Shown here piece by piece: positions 8,034-17,593 of a stretch of DNA of 64,000 nt. The translations under genes were made by a program, and so were the position numbers. The notes below the pieces were generated by a model, which did no database searches, was not told where the DNA came from, and saw nothing but the letters and a program-made list of their open reading frames with translations. Source of the stretch: an uncultured Leptolinea sp. (GTDB lineage: Bacteria; Chloroflexota; Anaerolineae; Anaerolineales; Anaerolineaceae); assembly GCA_964648485.1 (NCBI GenBank), contig CAZYOF010000017.1, positions 3,744 through 67,743 on the forward strand, given 5' to 3'. Numbering within the stretch: the stretch's first letter is position 1; each line of letters starts with the position of its first letter.

Positions 8034-9665
8034 ATGGAATCAAAAACGATGATTGCGGCAGCAATGGGAGATTGTGTCCATGTAGCCGGCATTAACCGGT
8101 TCATGAATCTGGCTGAACAAACCGGGTGGAAGGTAATCTACCTCGGACCGGCAGTCCCCGTAAAAGAAATATCCAGGTCAGCCCGGCAACACAATGCTGA
8201 CCTTGTCGCTGTCTCATACAGATTAACACCAGAAAATGGAGAGAAACTTTTTGGTGAACTTGCAGAAGAAATGGATGACCTCTTTAGGGCAGGTGTACGG
8301 TTCGCTTTTGGTGGAACACCGCCCCTGGCTGAAAAAGCCGAAAAATTCCCATTATTCGAAAAAGTATTTAGCGGAGGAGAAAAGCCAGAAATTACGTTAA
8401 GCTACTTGAGAGGCGAAGTTCAGGGCGCCGGTAAGAATCTAATTCCGCCGCAGAAAGCCATCGATCGAATTTTATGGAAACAACCATATCCAATTATTCG
8501 CCATCATTTCGGCTTACCAACTATGGAATTATCACTGGAAGGAATCCACCAGATTGCAGAAAGTGGAGTATTGGATGTGATCTCACTTGGCATTGACCAG
8601 GATGCGCAGGAGAACTTTTTCCATCCTGAACGTCAGAATCCGTCATCACGCGGCGCAGGCGGAGTACCGGTTCGCAGCAGAGAAGATTACGAAAATCTCT
8701 ACCAGGCATCCCGAAAAGGGAATTATCCGCTGATGCGAACTTATTCAGGAACGGATGATTTTATCCGCCTGGCTGAGATGTATATCGAAACAATTAACAA
8801 TGCCTGGTGTGCCATTCCTCTTTTCTGGTTCAATCAGATGGATGGCAGAGGACCATGGGATTTAGAGGGATCGATTATCGAACATCAAAATGTGATGAAT
8901 TGGTATGGTGAACGGGATATTCCAGTAGAACTGAATGAACCCCACCATTGGGGTATGCGTGATGCACCGGATGTAGTATTTGCTGTTAGTGCTTACCTGG
9001 CGGCGTATAATGCCAAACACTTTGGAGTAAAAAATTACATTGCACAATTAATGTTTAACAGTCCACCTGATCAGTCTGATGCAAATGACCTGGCGAAAAT
9101 GGCTGCAATCTTGGATTTAATCCACCCACTGGAAGACAGTAACTTTAAAATTTGGAAACAGACCCGTACCGGATTACTAAGTTATCCGGTAGATGAAGCC
9201 GAAGCGATGGGTCATCTGGCTTCTTCAGTTTATTTGCAGATGGCATTAAAGCCGCATATTGTTCATGTGGTCGGACACAGTGAAGCGCATCATGCTGCCA
9301 CCGGAGCAGATGTAATTACCGCAGCTAAAATCGCTTCAAGAGCGATTGATAATGCAATACAAGGTGCACCAGATCTTCTCGCAGACCCAAAGGTTCAGGC
9401 GAGAAAAAATGAAATCATCAGAGAAGCAAAGATTACATTGAAGGCGATAACCAACCTGGCAAAAGCATCACAAGGCGATCCGTTTACAAACCCCAAAGTA
9501 CTTACAAAAGCTGTGGAAGTGGGTATCATGGATGCACCACAATTACGCAATAATCCTTTTGCTCGGGGGAAAATCCATACCCGAATTCTACAAGGTGCCT
9601 GTGTAGCAGTAGGCGATGATAATAAACCCATCGATGAGACAACCCGCCTGAAAGAATGGCTTTAA
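8034..9665 (+). CDS. Fusion of a B12-binding-like (MutS/GlmS-type) domain with a glutamate (methylaspartate) mutase epsilon-like TIM-barrel domain
   Basis: The N-terminus MIAAAMGDCVHVAGINRF...VAVSYRL...FAFGG resembles the small mutase subunit. The C-terminal part aligns by eye with GlmE (GVKNYIAQ.., PHIVHVVGHSEAHHAATGADVITAAKIASRAI, AVEVGIMDAPQLRNNPFARGK). SD AAGGAGG lies 5 nt before the ATG at 8034. Confidence 0.55.
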   Translation: MESKTMIAAAMGDCVHVAGINRFMNLAEQTGWKVIYLGPAVPVKEISRSARQHNADLVAVSYRLTPENGEKLFGELAEEMDDLFRAGVRFAFGGTPPLAEKAEKFPLFEKVFSGGEKPEITLSYLRGEVQGAGKNLIPPQKAIDRILWKQPYPIIRHHFGLPTMELSLEGIHQIAESGVLDVISLGIDQDAQENFFHPERQNPSSRGAGGVPVRSREDYENLYQASRKGNYPLMRTYSGTDDFIRLAEMYIETINNAWCAIPLFWFNQMDGRGPWDLEGSIIEHQNVMNWYGERDIPVELNEPHHWGMRDAPDVVFAVSAYLAAYNAKHFGVKNYIAQLMFNSPPDQSDANDLAKMAAILDLIHPLEDSNFKIWKQTRTGLLSYPVDEAEAMGHLASSVYLQMALKPHIVHVVGHSEAHHAATGADVITAAKIASRAIDNAIQGAPDLLADPKVQARKNEIIREAKITLKAITNLAKASQGDPFTNPKVLTKAVEVGIMDAPQLRNNPFARGKIHTRILQGACVAVGDDNKPIDETTRLKEWL

Positions 9666-9680
9666 GAATGGAGATTCGAT

Positions 9681-10793
9681 ATGAGTGACAAAATTAAAAT
9701 GTGTGTAATTGGAGCCGGACACGGCGGTAAAGCAATGGCTGCTCACATGGCATTGATGGGATTTCCCACAAATCTTTACAACAGATCTGAAGACCACATT
9801 TATGCAATCAAAGAATTAGGCGGAATAGATCTCGAAAGTTATGAGAATGGACCTCGTGGATTTGCACGTTTAAATCGCGTAACCAATAATATGGAAGAAG
9901 CACTCGAAGGAGTGAACCTGATTATGGTAGTGGTTCCATCCTCTGCCCATGCAGATGTTGCTAAAGTCTGTGCCCCATTCCTTAAAGATGGGCAGGTTAT
10001 TGTTCTTCATCCCGGAAGGACTTGCGGGGCGATTGAAGTCGCTAAAGTTCTCAAGGATAACAACTGTGAAGCAGATGTTACGGTGGCAGAGGCTGAGACT
10101 TTTATCTATGCCTCCCGGTCTGATGGACCTGCACAGGCGCGTATTTTCAGGATTAAAGAAGCAGTTCCCCTGGCTGCACTGCCTGCAACAAGAACTCGCA
10201 TGGTTCTGGATATGATACATGAAGCATATCCACAATACATTGATGGCGTAAATGTATTGCAGACGGGATTAAATAATATGGGCGCAATATTTCATCCCTC
10301 CCTGACCCTCTTAAATGCAGGAAGGATCGAATCTACACATGGAGATTTTGAATTTTATATTGATGGGGTCACTCCCTCGGTTGCACGTGTATTGGAGGTC
10401 CTTGACCGCGAAAGAGTTACTGTCGCAGCCTCCCTGGGTATCAGGGGTAGAACTGCTTTGGACTGGTTAAAACTTGCCTACAATACCATCGGAGAAGATC
10501 TTCATGAGGCAGTTCATAATCAACCAGGTTACTATGGGATTAAAGCGCCTGCAACCTTGAATCACCGCTATATCTTTGAAGATGTCCCCATGAGTTTGGT
10601 GCCAATCGCTGCTCTGGGTGAACGCTACGGTGTTTCTGTGCGTGGCATGGATTCAATCATCCGTTTAGCTTGTATCATTCACCGGACAGATTACTGGAGG
10701 AAAGGAAGAACCCTCGATAAATTGGGCATCAATAACCTGAGTGTCGGCGAGCTGACTTACTATGTCAATGAAGGTAAACTGACAGAGAATTAA
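9681..10793 (+). CDS. NAD(P)-dependent opine (octopine/nopaline) dehydrogenase family protein
   Basis: N-terminal Rossmann motif VIGAGHGGKAMAAHMAL. Family-like segments ETFIYASR and LNNMGAIFHP. 370 aa. Confidence 0.7.
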   Translation: MSDKIKMCVIGAGHGGKAMAAHMALMGFPTNLYNRSEDHIYAIKELGGIDLESYENGPRGFARLNRVTNNMEEALEGVNLIMVVVPSSAHADVAKVCAPFLKDGQVIVLHPGRTCGAIEVAKVLKDNNCEADVTVAEAETFIYASRSDGPAQARIFRIKEAVPLAALPATRTRMVLDMIHEAYPQYIDGVNVLQTGLNNMGAIFHPSLTLLNAGRIESTHGDFEFYIDGVTPSVARVLEVLDRERVTVAASLGIRGRTALDWLKLAYNTIGEDLHEAVHNQPGYYGIKAPATLNHRYIFEDVPMSLVPIAALGERYGVSVRGMDSIIRLACIIHRTDYWRKGRTLDKLGINNLSVGELTYYVNEGKLTEN

Positions 10794-10961
10794 GTATCTA
10801 TCTTCGAAATTATGTTAATCAGCTTTTATACAATACTGTATTAAGCTGATTTTTCTTAAAATATAGACGATAATAAATTGCATAAATACGGGTATCTTGT
10901 CTGAAGGGACTAAGAAAATAAATACATCCATGGGTAATATCATGGTATGAGGTTAATCTGA

Positions 10962-11507
10962 ATGGATTATTATGCGTATATCATTCTTCCGTTAATCATA
11001 TTTCTGGCAAGAATTTGCGATGTTACGTTGGGCACGATCCGGATTATCCTGATCAACCGCGGACAGCGCAAAATTGCTCCACTCCTTGGATTCGTAGAAG
11101 TATTTATCTGGATTGTCGCAGTAGGTCAGATTGTGCAGCATCTCTCAAATATATTTGCCTATATTGGATACGCCGCCGGTTTCGCAGTGGGGAATTTTGT
11201 TGGTATGTATGTAGAAGAAAAAATGGCTTTGGGTTCAGTTCTGATCCGGACCATTATTCAAAAAGGTGGGGATGAGGTTGCTGCAGAATTGATTGCTGCC
11301 GGCTTTGGTGTTACAAAAATCCGCGCTGAAGGATCAACCGGAGAAGTTCGCCTGATTTTTACAGTTGTCAATCGCAAAGATGCACAACAGGCGTTGGAAA
11401 TCATCCACCGCAATCAGCCAAAAGCATTCATCACGGTTGAAGACATCCGGTCATTGGAAAAAGGTGTTTTCCCAATCCATAAAACTTATCCAGTGAAAAG
11501 AAAGTAA
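10962..11507 (+). CDS. UPF0316/DUF2179 family membrane protein
   Basis: The N-terminal pattern LPLIIFLARICDVTLGTIRIILINRGQRK and the C-terminal DUF2179-like alpha/beta domain are typical of the family. Confidence 0.7.
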   Translation: MDYYAYIILPLIIFLARICDVTLGTIRIILINRGQRKIAPLLGFVEVFIWIVAVGQIVQHLSNIFAYIGYAAGFAVGNFVGMYVEEKMALGSVLIRTIIQKGGDEVAAELIAAGFGVTKIRAEGSTGEVRLIFTVVNRKDAQQALEIIHRNQPKAFITVEDIRSLEKGVFPIHKTYPVKRK

Positions 11508-11526
11508 TCTGCTAAGCAGAGTCTCT

Positions 11527-11568
11527 AGCAAACATATGACGCAAGTCATATGTTTGCTTTCACTTTTA
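11527..11568 (+). terminator. Intrinsic terminator
   Basis: 14-bp perfect stem agcaaacatatgac / gtcatatgtttgct with loop gcaa, followed by ttcactttt. Confidence 0.75.
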
Positions 11569-11607
11569 GTTTCCGGAATGAGTTGATAAAAAGAATATAC
11601 CATTTCA

Positions 11608-12612
11608 ATGAAAGGGATACTTATGTTGAACTTAGTGACTGGAGCAACTGGTCATATTGGAAATGTATTGATTCGGGAATTATTAGCAAAAAATGAAAAA
11701 GTGAGAGCTTTTGTCCTGCCTAATGATTCACTAAATTCACTCTCGGGGCTGGATATCGAAATTGTATATGGGAATATTCTTGATTCCAGATCGTTATCTC
11801 TCGCGATGCAGGGTGTGGATTGTGTTTACCATCTGGCAGGCATGATCTCTATCCTTCCCGGTGATAAAGAAAAACTCTTTACCGTCAACGTACAAGGCAC
11901 GAAAAATGTATTAAGTGAAGCGCAGAATTCAGGGGTAAATAAGTTTATTTATGTAAGTTCTATTCATGCGCTCGGAAGCGTAGATCACGGCATTACGATT
12001 GATGAAACTATTCCATTTAATCCAGATCATGTCATGGGTGATTATGATAAATCGAAGGCGATGGCTTCACAGATTGTTGTTGATGCTGCGGAAAATGGTT
12101 TTAACGCCATCATTGTATGCCCTACCGGTGTTTTAGGTCCATATGATTTTAATCGATCAGAGATTGGTTCACTGGTGGAAAGTATGATTTATTCAGCGGT
12201 TGCATTTTCAGTGAAAGGCAGCTATGACTTTGTAGATGTCAGAGATGTTGCCCGTGGATTGATAATGGCAGCAGAAAAAGGCTCATCCGGTGAGATCTAT
12301 ATACTTTCGGGGGAGTATATCGCCATTAAAGAGATACTTCTTGTTGCCAGTCGTAGTGCGGGTAGAAATATTCCCATCATCAATGTGCCCTTTCCACTGG
12401 CAAAACTTGCCGCTCAGTTTTCTCCGGCATATTGCCGGCTGACTCATCAACGAGCCCACCTTACGCCATATTCATTAAGTACAATCCAGAGTAACTCGAT
12501 TGTTACTCACCAGAAAGCAACACATGAATTAGGGTACAATCCCCGGGGTATTCGAGAATCAATTCAAGATATGGTCAATTGGTTTAGGGATAAGAACCTG
12601 ATAACCCAATAA
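11608..12612 (+). CDS. NAD-dependent epimerase/dehydratase (extended SDR family)
   Basis: VTGATGHIG Rossmann motif and YDKSK catalytic YxxxK. The ATG at 11623 (preceded by AAGGGA) may be the true start. Confidence 0.8.
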   Translation: MKGILMLNLVTGATGHIGNVLIRELLAKNEKVRAFVLPNDSLNSLSGLDIEIVYGNILDSRSLSLAMQGVDCVYHLAGMISILPGDKEKLFTVNVQGTKNVLSEAQNSGVNKFIYVSSIHALGSVDHGITIDETIPFNPDHVMGDYDKSKAMASQIVVDAAENGFNAIIVCPTGVLGPYDFNRSEIGSLVESMIYSAVAFSVKGSYDFVDVRDVARGLIMAAEKGSSGEIYILSGEYIAIKEILLVASRSAGRNIPIINVPFPLAKLAAQFSPAYCRLTHQRAHLTPYSLSTIQSNSIVTHQKATHELGYNPRGIRESIQDMVNWFRDKNLITQ

Positions 12613-12625
12613 ATATTGTATTAGT

Positions 12626-12865
12626 TTATTCTGGGATTAGTTTTCCGGTTTCGTAATCATCCAGTAATTTTCGTGCCTGTGGTGCATCGTCTTCATTCAC
12701 CAAAATATCTACTTTACCGAGAGATCCAAAAGTTAAACCATACGTCATACCGGCGCTCTCCTGTGCAAGACCGGTTGGAATTCCATGCGCTTCAAGATAG
12801 GTCTTTATAATTTCGCCTTCCATGTGACCATGGACTTGATAAATAGATATAATTTTTGAACTCAT
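12626..12865 (-). CDS. DUF2007-like small putative signal-transducing protein
   Basis: 79 aa with the typical pattern G.ME.EIIK.YLEAHGIP......ES.........G.VDILV.EDD...A..LL. Confidence 0.5.
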   Translation of the reverse strand: MSSKIISIYQVHGHMEGEIIKTYLEAHGIPTGLAQESAGMTYGLTFGSLGKVDILVNEDDAPQARKLLDDYETGKLIPE

Positions 12866-12899
12866 GCTTCACCTTTTATCTATTATACAGTCGTGTTAA

Positions 12900-12932
12900 T
12901 GAAAAACATCCCGGTGAAATGATCAACCGGGA
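12900..12932 (-). terminator. Intrinsic terminator downstream of the acyl-CoA synthetase gene
   Basis: On the minus strand: tcccggt-tgatcatttc-accggga followed by tgtttttc. Confidence 0.5.
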
Positions 12933-12954
12933 CGTCTGTGTGGTTTTTATATTA

Positions 12955-15135
12955 CTAAGCTTTCTTCTTTAAGATAACACGGGCATCAACTACTGTTACA
13001 CCCTTGCCTTCTTCATAAACAAGCACAGGATTCGCATCAGTTTCACTGATTTCGTCAGAAAGGTCATAAACCATGGTGGAGTACTTGCAGAGAATGTCTG
13101 CCAATACCTTGCGGTCTCGCGGAGCCTCACCACGAACACCAGCCAGGATTGGAGCACCGCGAATTTCAGAAATCATTTTTGCTGCCTGACCTGCTGAAAC
13201 CGGGGCGACGCGGAAGGTAACATCTTTGAGTACCTCAACAAAAATACCACCCAATCCGAACATGATTGTCGGACCGAAAGTCGCGTCATTGACTGAACCA
13301 ACGATACATTCAGTTCCCCAGGGTGCCATTTCCTGAACTGCAATTCCGTGAATATCAGCATCTGCCTTATACTTCTTGGCGTTTTCCAGAATTACTTTGA
13401 AAGCATCACGTACTGCTGCTTCATCTTTTACGTTGACCTTCACACCACCTGCATCAGATTTGTGCAAAATCTGAGGTGAAACAATTTTCATTACAACCGG
13501 ATAGCCGATTTTTTGAGCCTGGGCAACGGCTTCGTCTTCAGTTTTGGCTAAAACGGTTGGAGCAACTGGCAAACCATATGCTGCAAAGAGGGCTTTACTC
13601 TCCACCTCTGTGAGTGCATCGCGACCATCAGCTCTGGCTTTCGAGATAATTTCTCTGCCAAGTTTACTGCCTTCGGCATCACAGGGGGGAACACCATCTT
13701 CCATCATGGATTTCATATAGGCAAATTCGTGCAGCGTTGCAATAGCATTTACTGCCAGGTCAGGAGCGTTGTATGCGGGGATACCGTTCTCAACCAGCCA
13801 GCGCATCGCTTTGTCAGATTTCTCTCCACCTACGAAGGATACAGTCAGTGGTTTACCGGAAACTCCTGAATCTTTCATTGCCCGAACTATGGATTCAGCG
13901 ATTTCCTGTGGATTCGTCTGAGCTGTTTCGCAATAGAGAACGACTAAACCATCGGTCCATTTATGCCCATAAGCGAATTTTGTAGTTGCATAATACCAAT
14001 CGTTGCCTGCCATACCGGTCATGTCAACCGGGTTTTTAGCTGACCCATACTCTGGCATATGTTTCTTTAATTCATCCTGAACATCTAGTGGAGCAAATTT
14101 CAGAGGTACACCGTAGCGTTCTGCTGCATCTGTAGCCAGAACACCCACACCACCACCATTGGTGAGAACCAGCAGGTTTTCACCTTTCATGGGGGGCTGT
14201 AAGGATAATGCCAGTGTGCGGTCGAATAGATTATTCAAGTCCGATGCACGGACAACACCTGCCTGTTGGAATGCGGCATCATATACTTTTCCTGAACCTG
14301 CCAGTGATCCCGTATGCGAAGCAGCAGCGGCGGCACCATGAGCAGAAACACCAGATTTTAAGGCAATGACTGGCGTGTTGCTATTCTGGCATGCTTCCAT
14401 GAATTTTCGTCCGTCTTTAATCCCTTCAATATACAGGCAGATACAATTCGTATTGGGATCGTTGTCAAGCCATTTAATCAAATCTCCGAAGTCAACATCT
14501 GCCATGTTGCCAAGAGAAACAAGTTTATCGAAACCGACACCGCGAGTATAAGTTGCAGCATCAATAGCGATTAGTAATGCTCCACTTTGAGTGAGCAGGG
14601 AGGCTTTCCCTTGGAGGGGGAGGAATGGTGCAAAGGACGCATTCAAATTATCAGAATTGGATAAGGTGCCAACAATATTGGGACCGAGGACGCACATACC
14701 CTTTTCGTGGGCGAGGTCAACCAGTTGGGTTTCCAAATCTTTATTACCGGTCTCGCTGAATCCTGATGTGATAACGATGAGAGCTTTAACGCCTTTTTGA
14801 CCACATTCTTCAACCGATGGGATCACTACTTTCGCAGGGATTGTGATAACTGCAGCATCTATTTCGCCTGGAACGTCAAGAACTGATTTATACACTTTAA
14901 AACCAAGAATCTCATCGGCTTCAGGATTGATTGGGTAAACTTTACCCGCGTATCCGCTGTCGATGAGATTCTTGATTACGGTGTATCCAATTTTGCCCGG
15001 TTTTGTGGATGCGCCGATAATTGCCAGGCTCTTCGGTTTCATTAAGCTGTTGAGAATGTCCTCTTTCACAAGTTCCTCCTGAAAAATAATGGAAAGGGTG
15101 TGCCCCTTATTAATTTTTGGGGTGTCAGAAATCAA
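12955..15135 (-). CDS. ADP-forming acetyl/acyl-CoA synthetase (fused alpha/beta, NDP-forming family)
   Basis: CoA-binding N-terminus PKSLAIIGAS.KPGKIGY, succinyl-CoA-ligase-like flavodoxin domains and a C-terminal ATP-grasp domain. The track start is a TTG, so the exact start is uncertain. Confidence 0.85.
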   Translation of the reverse strand: MISDTPKINKGHTLSIIFQEELVKEDILNSLMKPKSLAIIGASTKPGKIGYTVIKNLIDSGYAGKVYPINPEADEILGFKVYKSVLDVPGEIDAAVITIPAKVVIPSVEECGQKGVKALIVITSGFSETGNKDLETQLVDLAHEKGMCVLGPNIVGTLSNSDNLNASFAPFLPLQGKASLLTQSGALLIAIDAATYTRGVGFDKLVSLGNMADVDFGDLIKWLDNDPNTNCICLYIEGIKDGRKFMEACQNSNTPVIALKSGVSAHGAAAAASHTGSLAGSGKVYDAAFQQAGVVRASDLNNLFDRTLALSLQPPMKGENLLVLTNGGGVGVLATDAAERYGVPLKFAPLDVQDELKKHMPEYGSAKNPVDMTGMAGNDWYYATTKFAYGHKWTDGLVVLYCETAQTNPQEIAESIVRAMKDSGVSGKPLTVSFVGGEKSDKAMRWLVENGIPAYNAPDLAVNAIATLHEFAYMKSMMEDGVPPCDAEGSKLGREIISKARADGRDALTEVESKALFAAYGLPVAPTVLAKTEDEAVAQAQKIGYPVVMKIVSPQILHKSDAGGVKVNVKDEAAVRDAFKVILENAKKYKADADIHGIAVQEMAPWGTECIVGSVNDATFGPTIMFGLGGIFVEVLKDVTFRVAPVSAGQAAKMISEIRGAPILAGVRGEAPRDRKVLADILCKYSTMVYDLSDEISETDANPVLVYEEGKGVTVVDARVILKKKA

Positions 15136-15283
15136 GTATACAACATTTTCGCTTTCCTTAAATACAGAAACAGGAAAGAAGGGAATGAAGTATACAGAAT
15201 TGATGACATTCTGCGTACGAAAAAGTGAGATAAATCAAAACTCCCCAACAGAGGAGTTAGCATTATGGTGAGAATATATTTTC

Positions 15284-15694
15284 TTATTTTTCCTGGATGA
15301 TTTCAAATGAAGTAGTGATATCTGCTACACCACGAATTGTGGATGCTACGGAGCAGTATTTGGTTTCTGACAGTTCAATTGCCTGCATGAGAGCTTTTTC
15401 TGTCAAACCGATACCCGAAACCTCATAATGTATATGAATTTTTCGGAAAGTCCAGGGTGGATCTGCATCTTGCTCTCCACTCGTTTTTATTATCAGGCTT
15501 TGAATTTTTATTTTCTTCTTTTCTAATATCTCAACCACATCAACAGCTGTACACGATGAAAGCGCTACCAACAAAAGCTCTGAAGGCTTCATACCTACAC
15601 CTTCGGCTGTGGTCGAAAGCACAACGGAATGGTTTGATGAGTCTGTTCCGATAAACTGTTTGCCGGTAACCCAGCGGACTGTCGAGGATGCCAT
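15284..15694 (-). CDS. OsmC/Ohr family (thiol peroxidase-like) protein
   Basis: 136 aa with OsmC-type conserved Cys contexts (LVALSSCTAVDV and ETKYCSVAST). Confidence 0.8.
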   Translation of the reverse strand: MASSTVRWVTGKQFIGTDSSNHSVVLSTTAEGVGMKPSELLLVALSSCTAVDVVEILEKKKIKIQSLIIKTSGEQDADPPWTFRKIHIHYEVSGIGLTEKALMQAIELSETKYCSVASTIRGVADITTSFEIIQEK

Positions 15695-15705
15695 AATTTC
15701 CTTCC

Positions 15706-15978
15706 CTAATCCAGGTATGTAAAAATTTTTGTGATTTCTTCGAGCTTTATTTCTGAATCCTGATCATGCGGAATGCACTCTTTCAGGTAAGTCTGAATTA
15801 AGTCCTGATTGGTAGATTTAACTGCTGAGCGGATTGCCTGGAGTTGCTGCGCAATTTCCCGGCAGTCTCGATCCTCATCAATCATTTTTTGGACTCCCCG
15901 AACCTGTCCCTCGATGCGTCGCAAACGTTGCTGTAGAGTTTTCTTATGTTCTTCGCTGATCATGTAGGTATCTTTCAT
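15706..15978 (-). CDS. CsoR/RcnR/FrmR-family (DUF156) transcriptional repressor with a Cys..Tyr..Cys fingerprint (CstR-like)
   Basis: Typical RL.RIEGQVRGV.KMI..DRDC.EI..QL.A.RSA. Cys39 and Cys68 have the family spacing of 29, but the His normally at +25 is Tyr64. Confidence 0.75.
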   Translation of the reverse strand: MKDTYMISEEHKKTLQQRLRRIEGQVRGVQKMIDEDRDCREIAQQLQAIRSAVKSTNQDLIQTYLKECIPHDQDSEIKLEEITKIFTYLD

Positions 15979-16006
15979 TTACCGCTCACGGCGGTTGTTG
16001 TTAACC

Positions 16007-16213
16007 TCAGGTAAACCGGCCGCCACCTGAGCAACTGGATGTGCTGTCTGAATTACCAAAGGAAGAACCGGATGATGCAAAGGTGGAGACTTTCCGGATT
16101 GTGGAATCACTTTGGCATTCTGGGCAAATATGACCAGCATCCGCTTCAGAAAAACTGACCAATTTCTCAAATTCTTTTCCGCAAGTCAGGCACCGGTATT
16201 CGTATAAAGGCAT
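16007..16213 (-). CDS. FmdB-family zinc-ribbon protein
   Basis: MPLYEYRCLTCGKEFE...CPEC is the family signature. SD AGGAG lies upstream. Confidence 0.8.
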   Translation of the reverse strand: MPLYEYRCLTCGKEFEKLVSFSEADAGHICPECQSDSTIRKVSTFASSGSSFGNSDSTSSCSGGGRFT

Positions 16214-16240
16214 AGTTGAATAAGCTCCTGGAGTAATATA

Positions 16241-16277
16241 CTATACCACAGTATAGCATAATTTGGGTATTCGTCAA
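16241..16277 (-). promoter_or_regulatory. Sigma70-like promoter with an overlapping inverted repeat, upstream of the FmdB/CsoR-like/OsmC operon
   Basis: On the minus strand: TTGACG (16272-16277), 16-nt spacer, TATACT (16250-16255). The inverted repeat ctatac-N4-gtatag (16241-16256) overlaps the -10 element. Confidence 0.5.
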
Positions 16278-16306
16278 GAATGATTGGGAAAATTTATGCG
16301 CAGGGA

Positions 16307-17161
16307 CTACTTTACTGCAATTTCATGACGGTGATCAATAATCCATTCACTCCAGGAGCCCGGGTAAAGGAAAGGTCGGTCTAATCCACAATATATCATT
16401 CCCAGTACATGAACAACAGAGGTGACACCAGATCCACAATAAACAACCGTTTTCTTACTGGATTGTTGATCAGACAAGAATGTGGAGTATAAATTAATAA
16501 GGTGTTCTTTAGATAAAAAATGCCCATCCGGGGTATAGCACTTTGTATAAGGCAAATTTGAAGCCCCGGGGATATGACCACCAGAAACATCAATTATTTC
16601 ATCAAGCCCGTGAAAGCGGTTTTCCGTTCTTGCATCAAGAACAAGCCAATCATCTGCTTTTATAATTTGTTCCATTTGCGGCAGATCCAACATCCAGTTT
16701 GTGTTAAATTTATAATGTGCAACCGAGGAACTTCTGGCGAGAGGGGTATGGTTATAAATTTCATTCCCTTCATTGATCCAGGCTCCTATACCTCCATCAA
16801 GAACTGCTGCTTTTTCATGACCATAAGCCCGTAATAGCCACCATAATCTTCCGGCTGCCATTGCCCCGCCATCTGCATCATATGCAACTACCTGTGTGGT
16901 TGGGTGTATACCCCATGCCTGCAAATTATTAATAAATACATTTTCGTCAGGGAGGGGGTGCCGTCCGCTATGAAGATGGAGTAATCCAGATAAATCCCGG
17001 TTAAGATCCGCGTAGTAGGCTCCAGGGATATGTGCCTCATTGTAATATTCATAACCTACTGCTGGATCAGACAATACAAAGCGGCAATCAATAATCAAAA
17101 AATCAGGGTTATTGATATTTTCTGCCAATGCTGAAGTGGAAATCAAGGTGTCAAATTTCAT
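16307..17161 (-). CDS. Tandem-rhodanese sulfurtransferase (thiosulfate/3-mercaptopyruvate type)
   Basis: Two rhodanese domains with active-site loop VYCGSGVTS. 284 aa. Confidence 0.85.
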   Translation of the reverse strand: MKFDTLISTSALAENINNPDFLIIDCRFVLSDPAVGYEYYNEAHIPGAYYADLNRDLSGLLHLHSGRHPLPDENVFINNLQAWGIHPTTQVVAYDADGGAMAAGRLWWLLRAYGHEKAAVLDGGIGAWINEGNEIYNHTPLARSSSVAHYKFNTNWMLDLPQMEQIIKADDWLVLDARTENRFHGLDEIIDVSGGHIPGASNLPYTKCYTPDGHFLSKEHLINLYSTFLSDQQSSKKTVVYCGSGVTSVVHVLGMIYCGLDRPFLYPGSWSEWIIDHRHEIAVK

Positions 17162-17585
17162 GATTCCGCCGATGAGCCCAAACCAACAAAGCCGAAGTAA
17201 AAATTAACACCAGACCGATGGCATCAAATACAATAAATCGTTGAATAGATGAAACCATGTTATACGAAAGTGTCAATTGACTTTTTATCCAGATTTCTCC
17301 AATCAAACCGGTAAGCTGCATCAGAAGGGCGCAAATGAGTAGAATAAACCATTTATGGGGGTGAAAGATCGCAAATATGTAGGGAATATTCCACATGATG
17401 AACAAAACCCCAATAGATTGAATGACGGCTTTCCCGGTTATATCTGGGGTAAGGTCAAAACTGGGAGCGTAATCTTTTGCAAAAACAATAAATTGAATTG
17501 CGCATAGAATATTCCATGCTGCCACGATAAGGATGAGCACCCTGGGAAGGAGAGATTTAACAATTACCCTCTTATTAACGAACAT
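17151..17585 (-). CDS. Integral membrane protein of unknown function
   Basis: 144 aa with four hydrophobic helices. Its stop overlaps the rhodanese start by 11 nt. Confidence 0.5.
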   Translation of the reverse strand: MFVNKRVIVKSLLPRVLILIVAAWNILCAIQFIVFAKDYAPSFDLTPDITGKAVIQSIGVLFIMWNIPYIFAIFHPHKWFILLICALLMQLTGLIGEIWIKSQLTLSYNMVSSIQRFIVFDAIGLVLIFTSALLVWAHRRNHEI

Positions 17586-17593
17586 GCTTTCTC

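Noticed and set aside
15979-16170. 63-aa ORF overlapping the FmdB zinc-ribbon gene in another frame.
   Set aside because: The FmdB frame has the diagnostic MPLYEYRC..CG...CP.C signature and an SD. The alternative frame has nothing.
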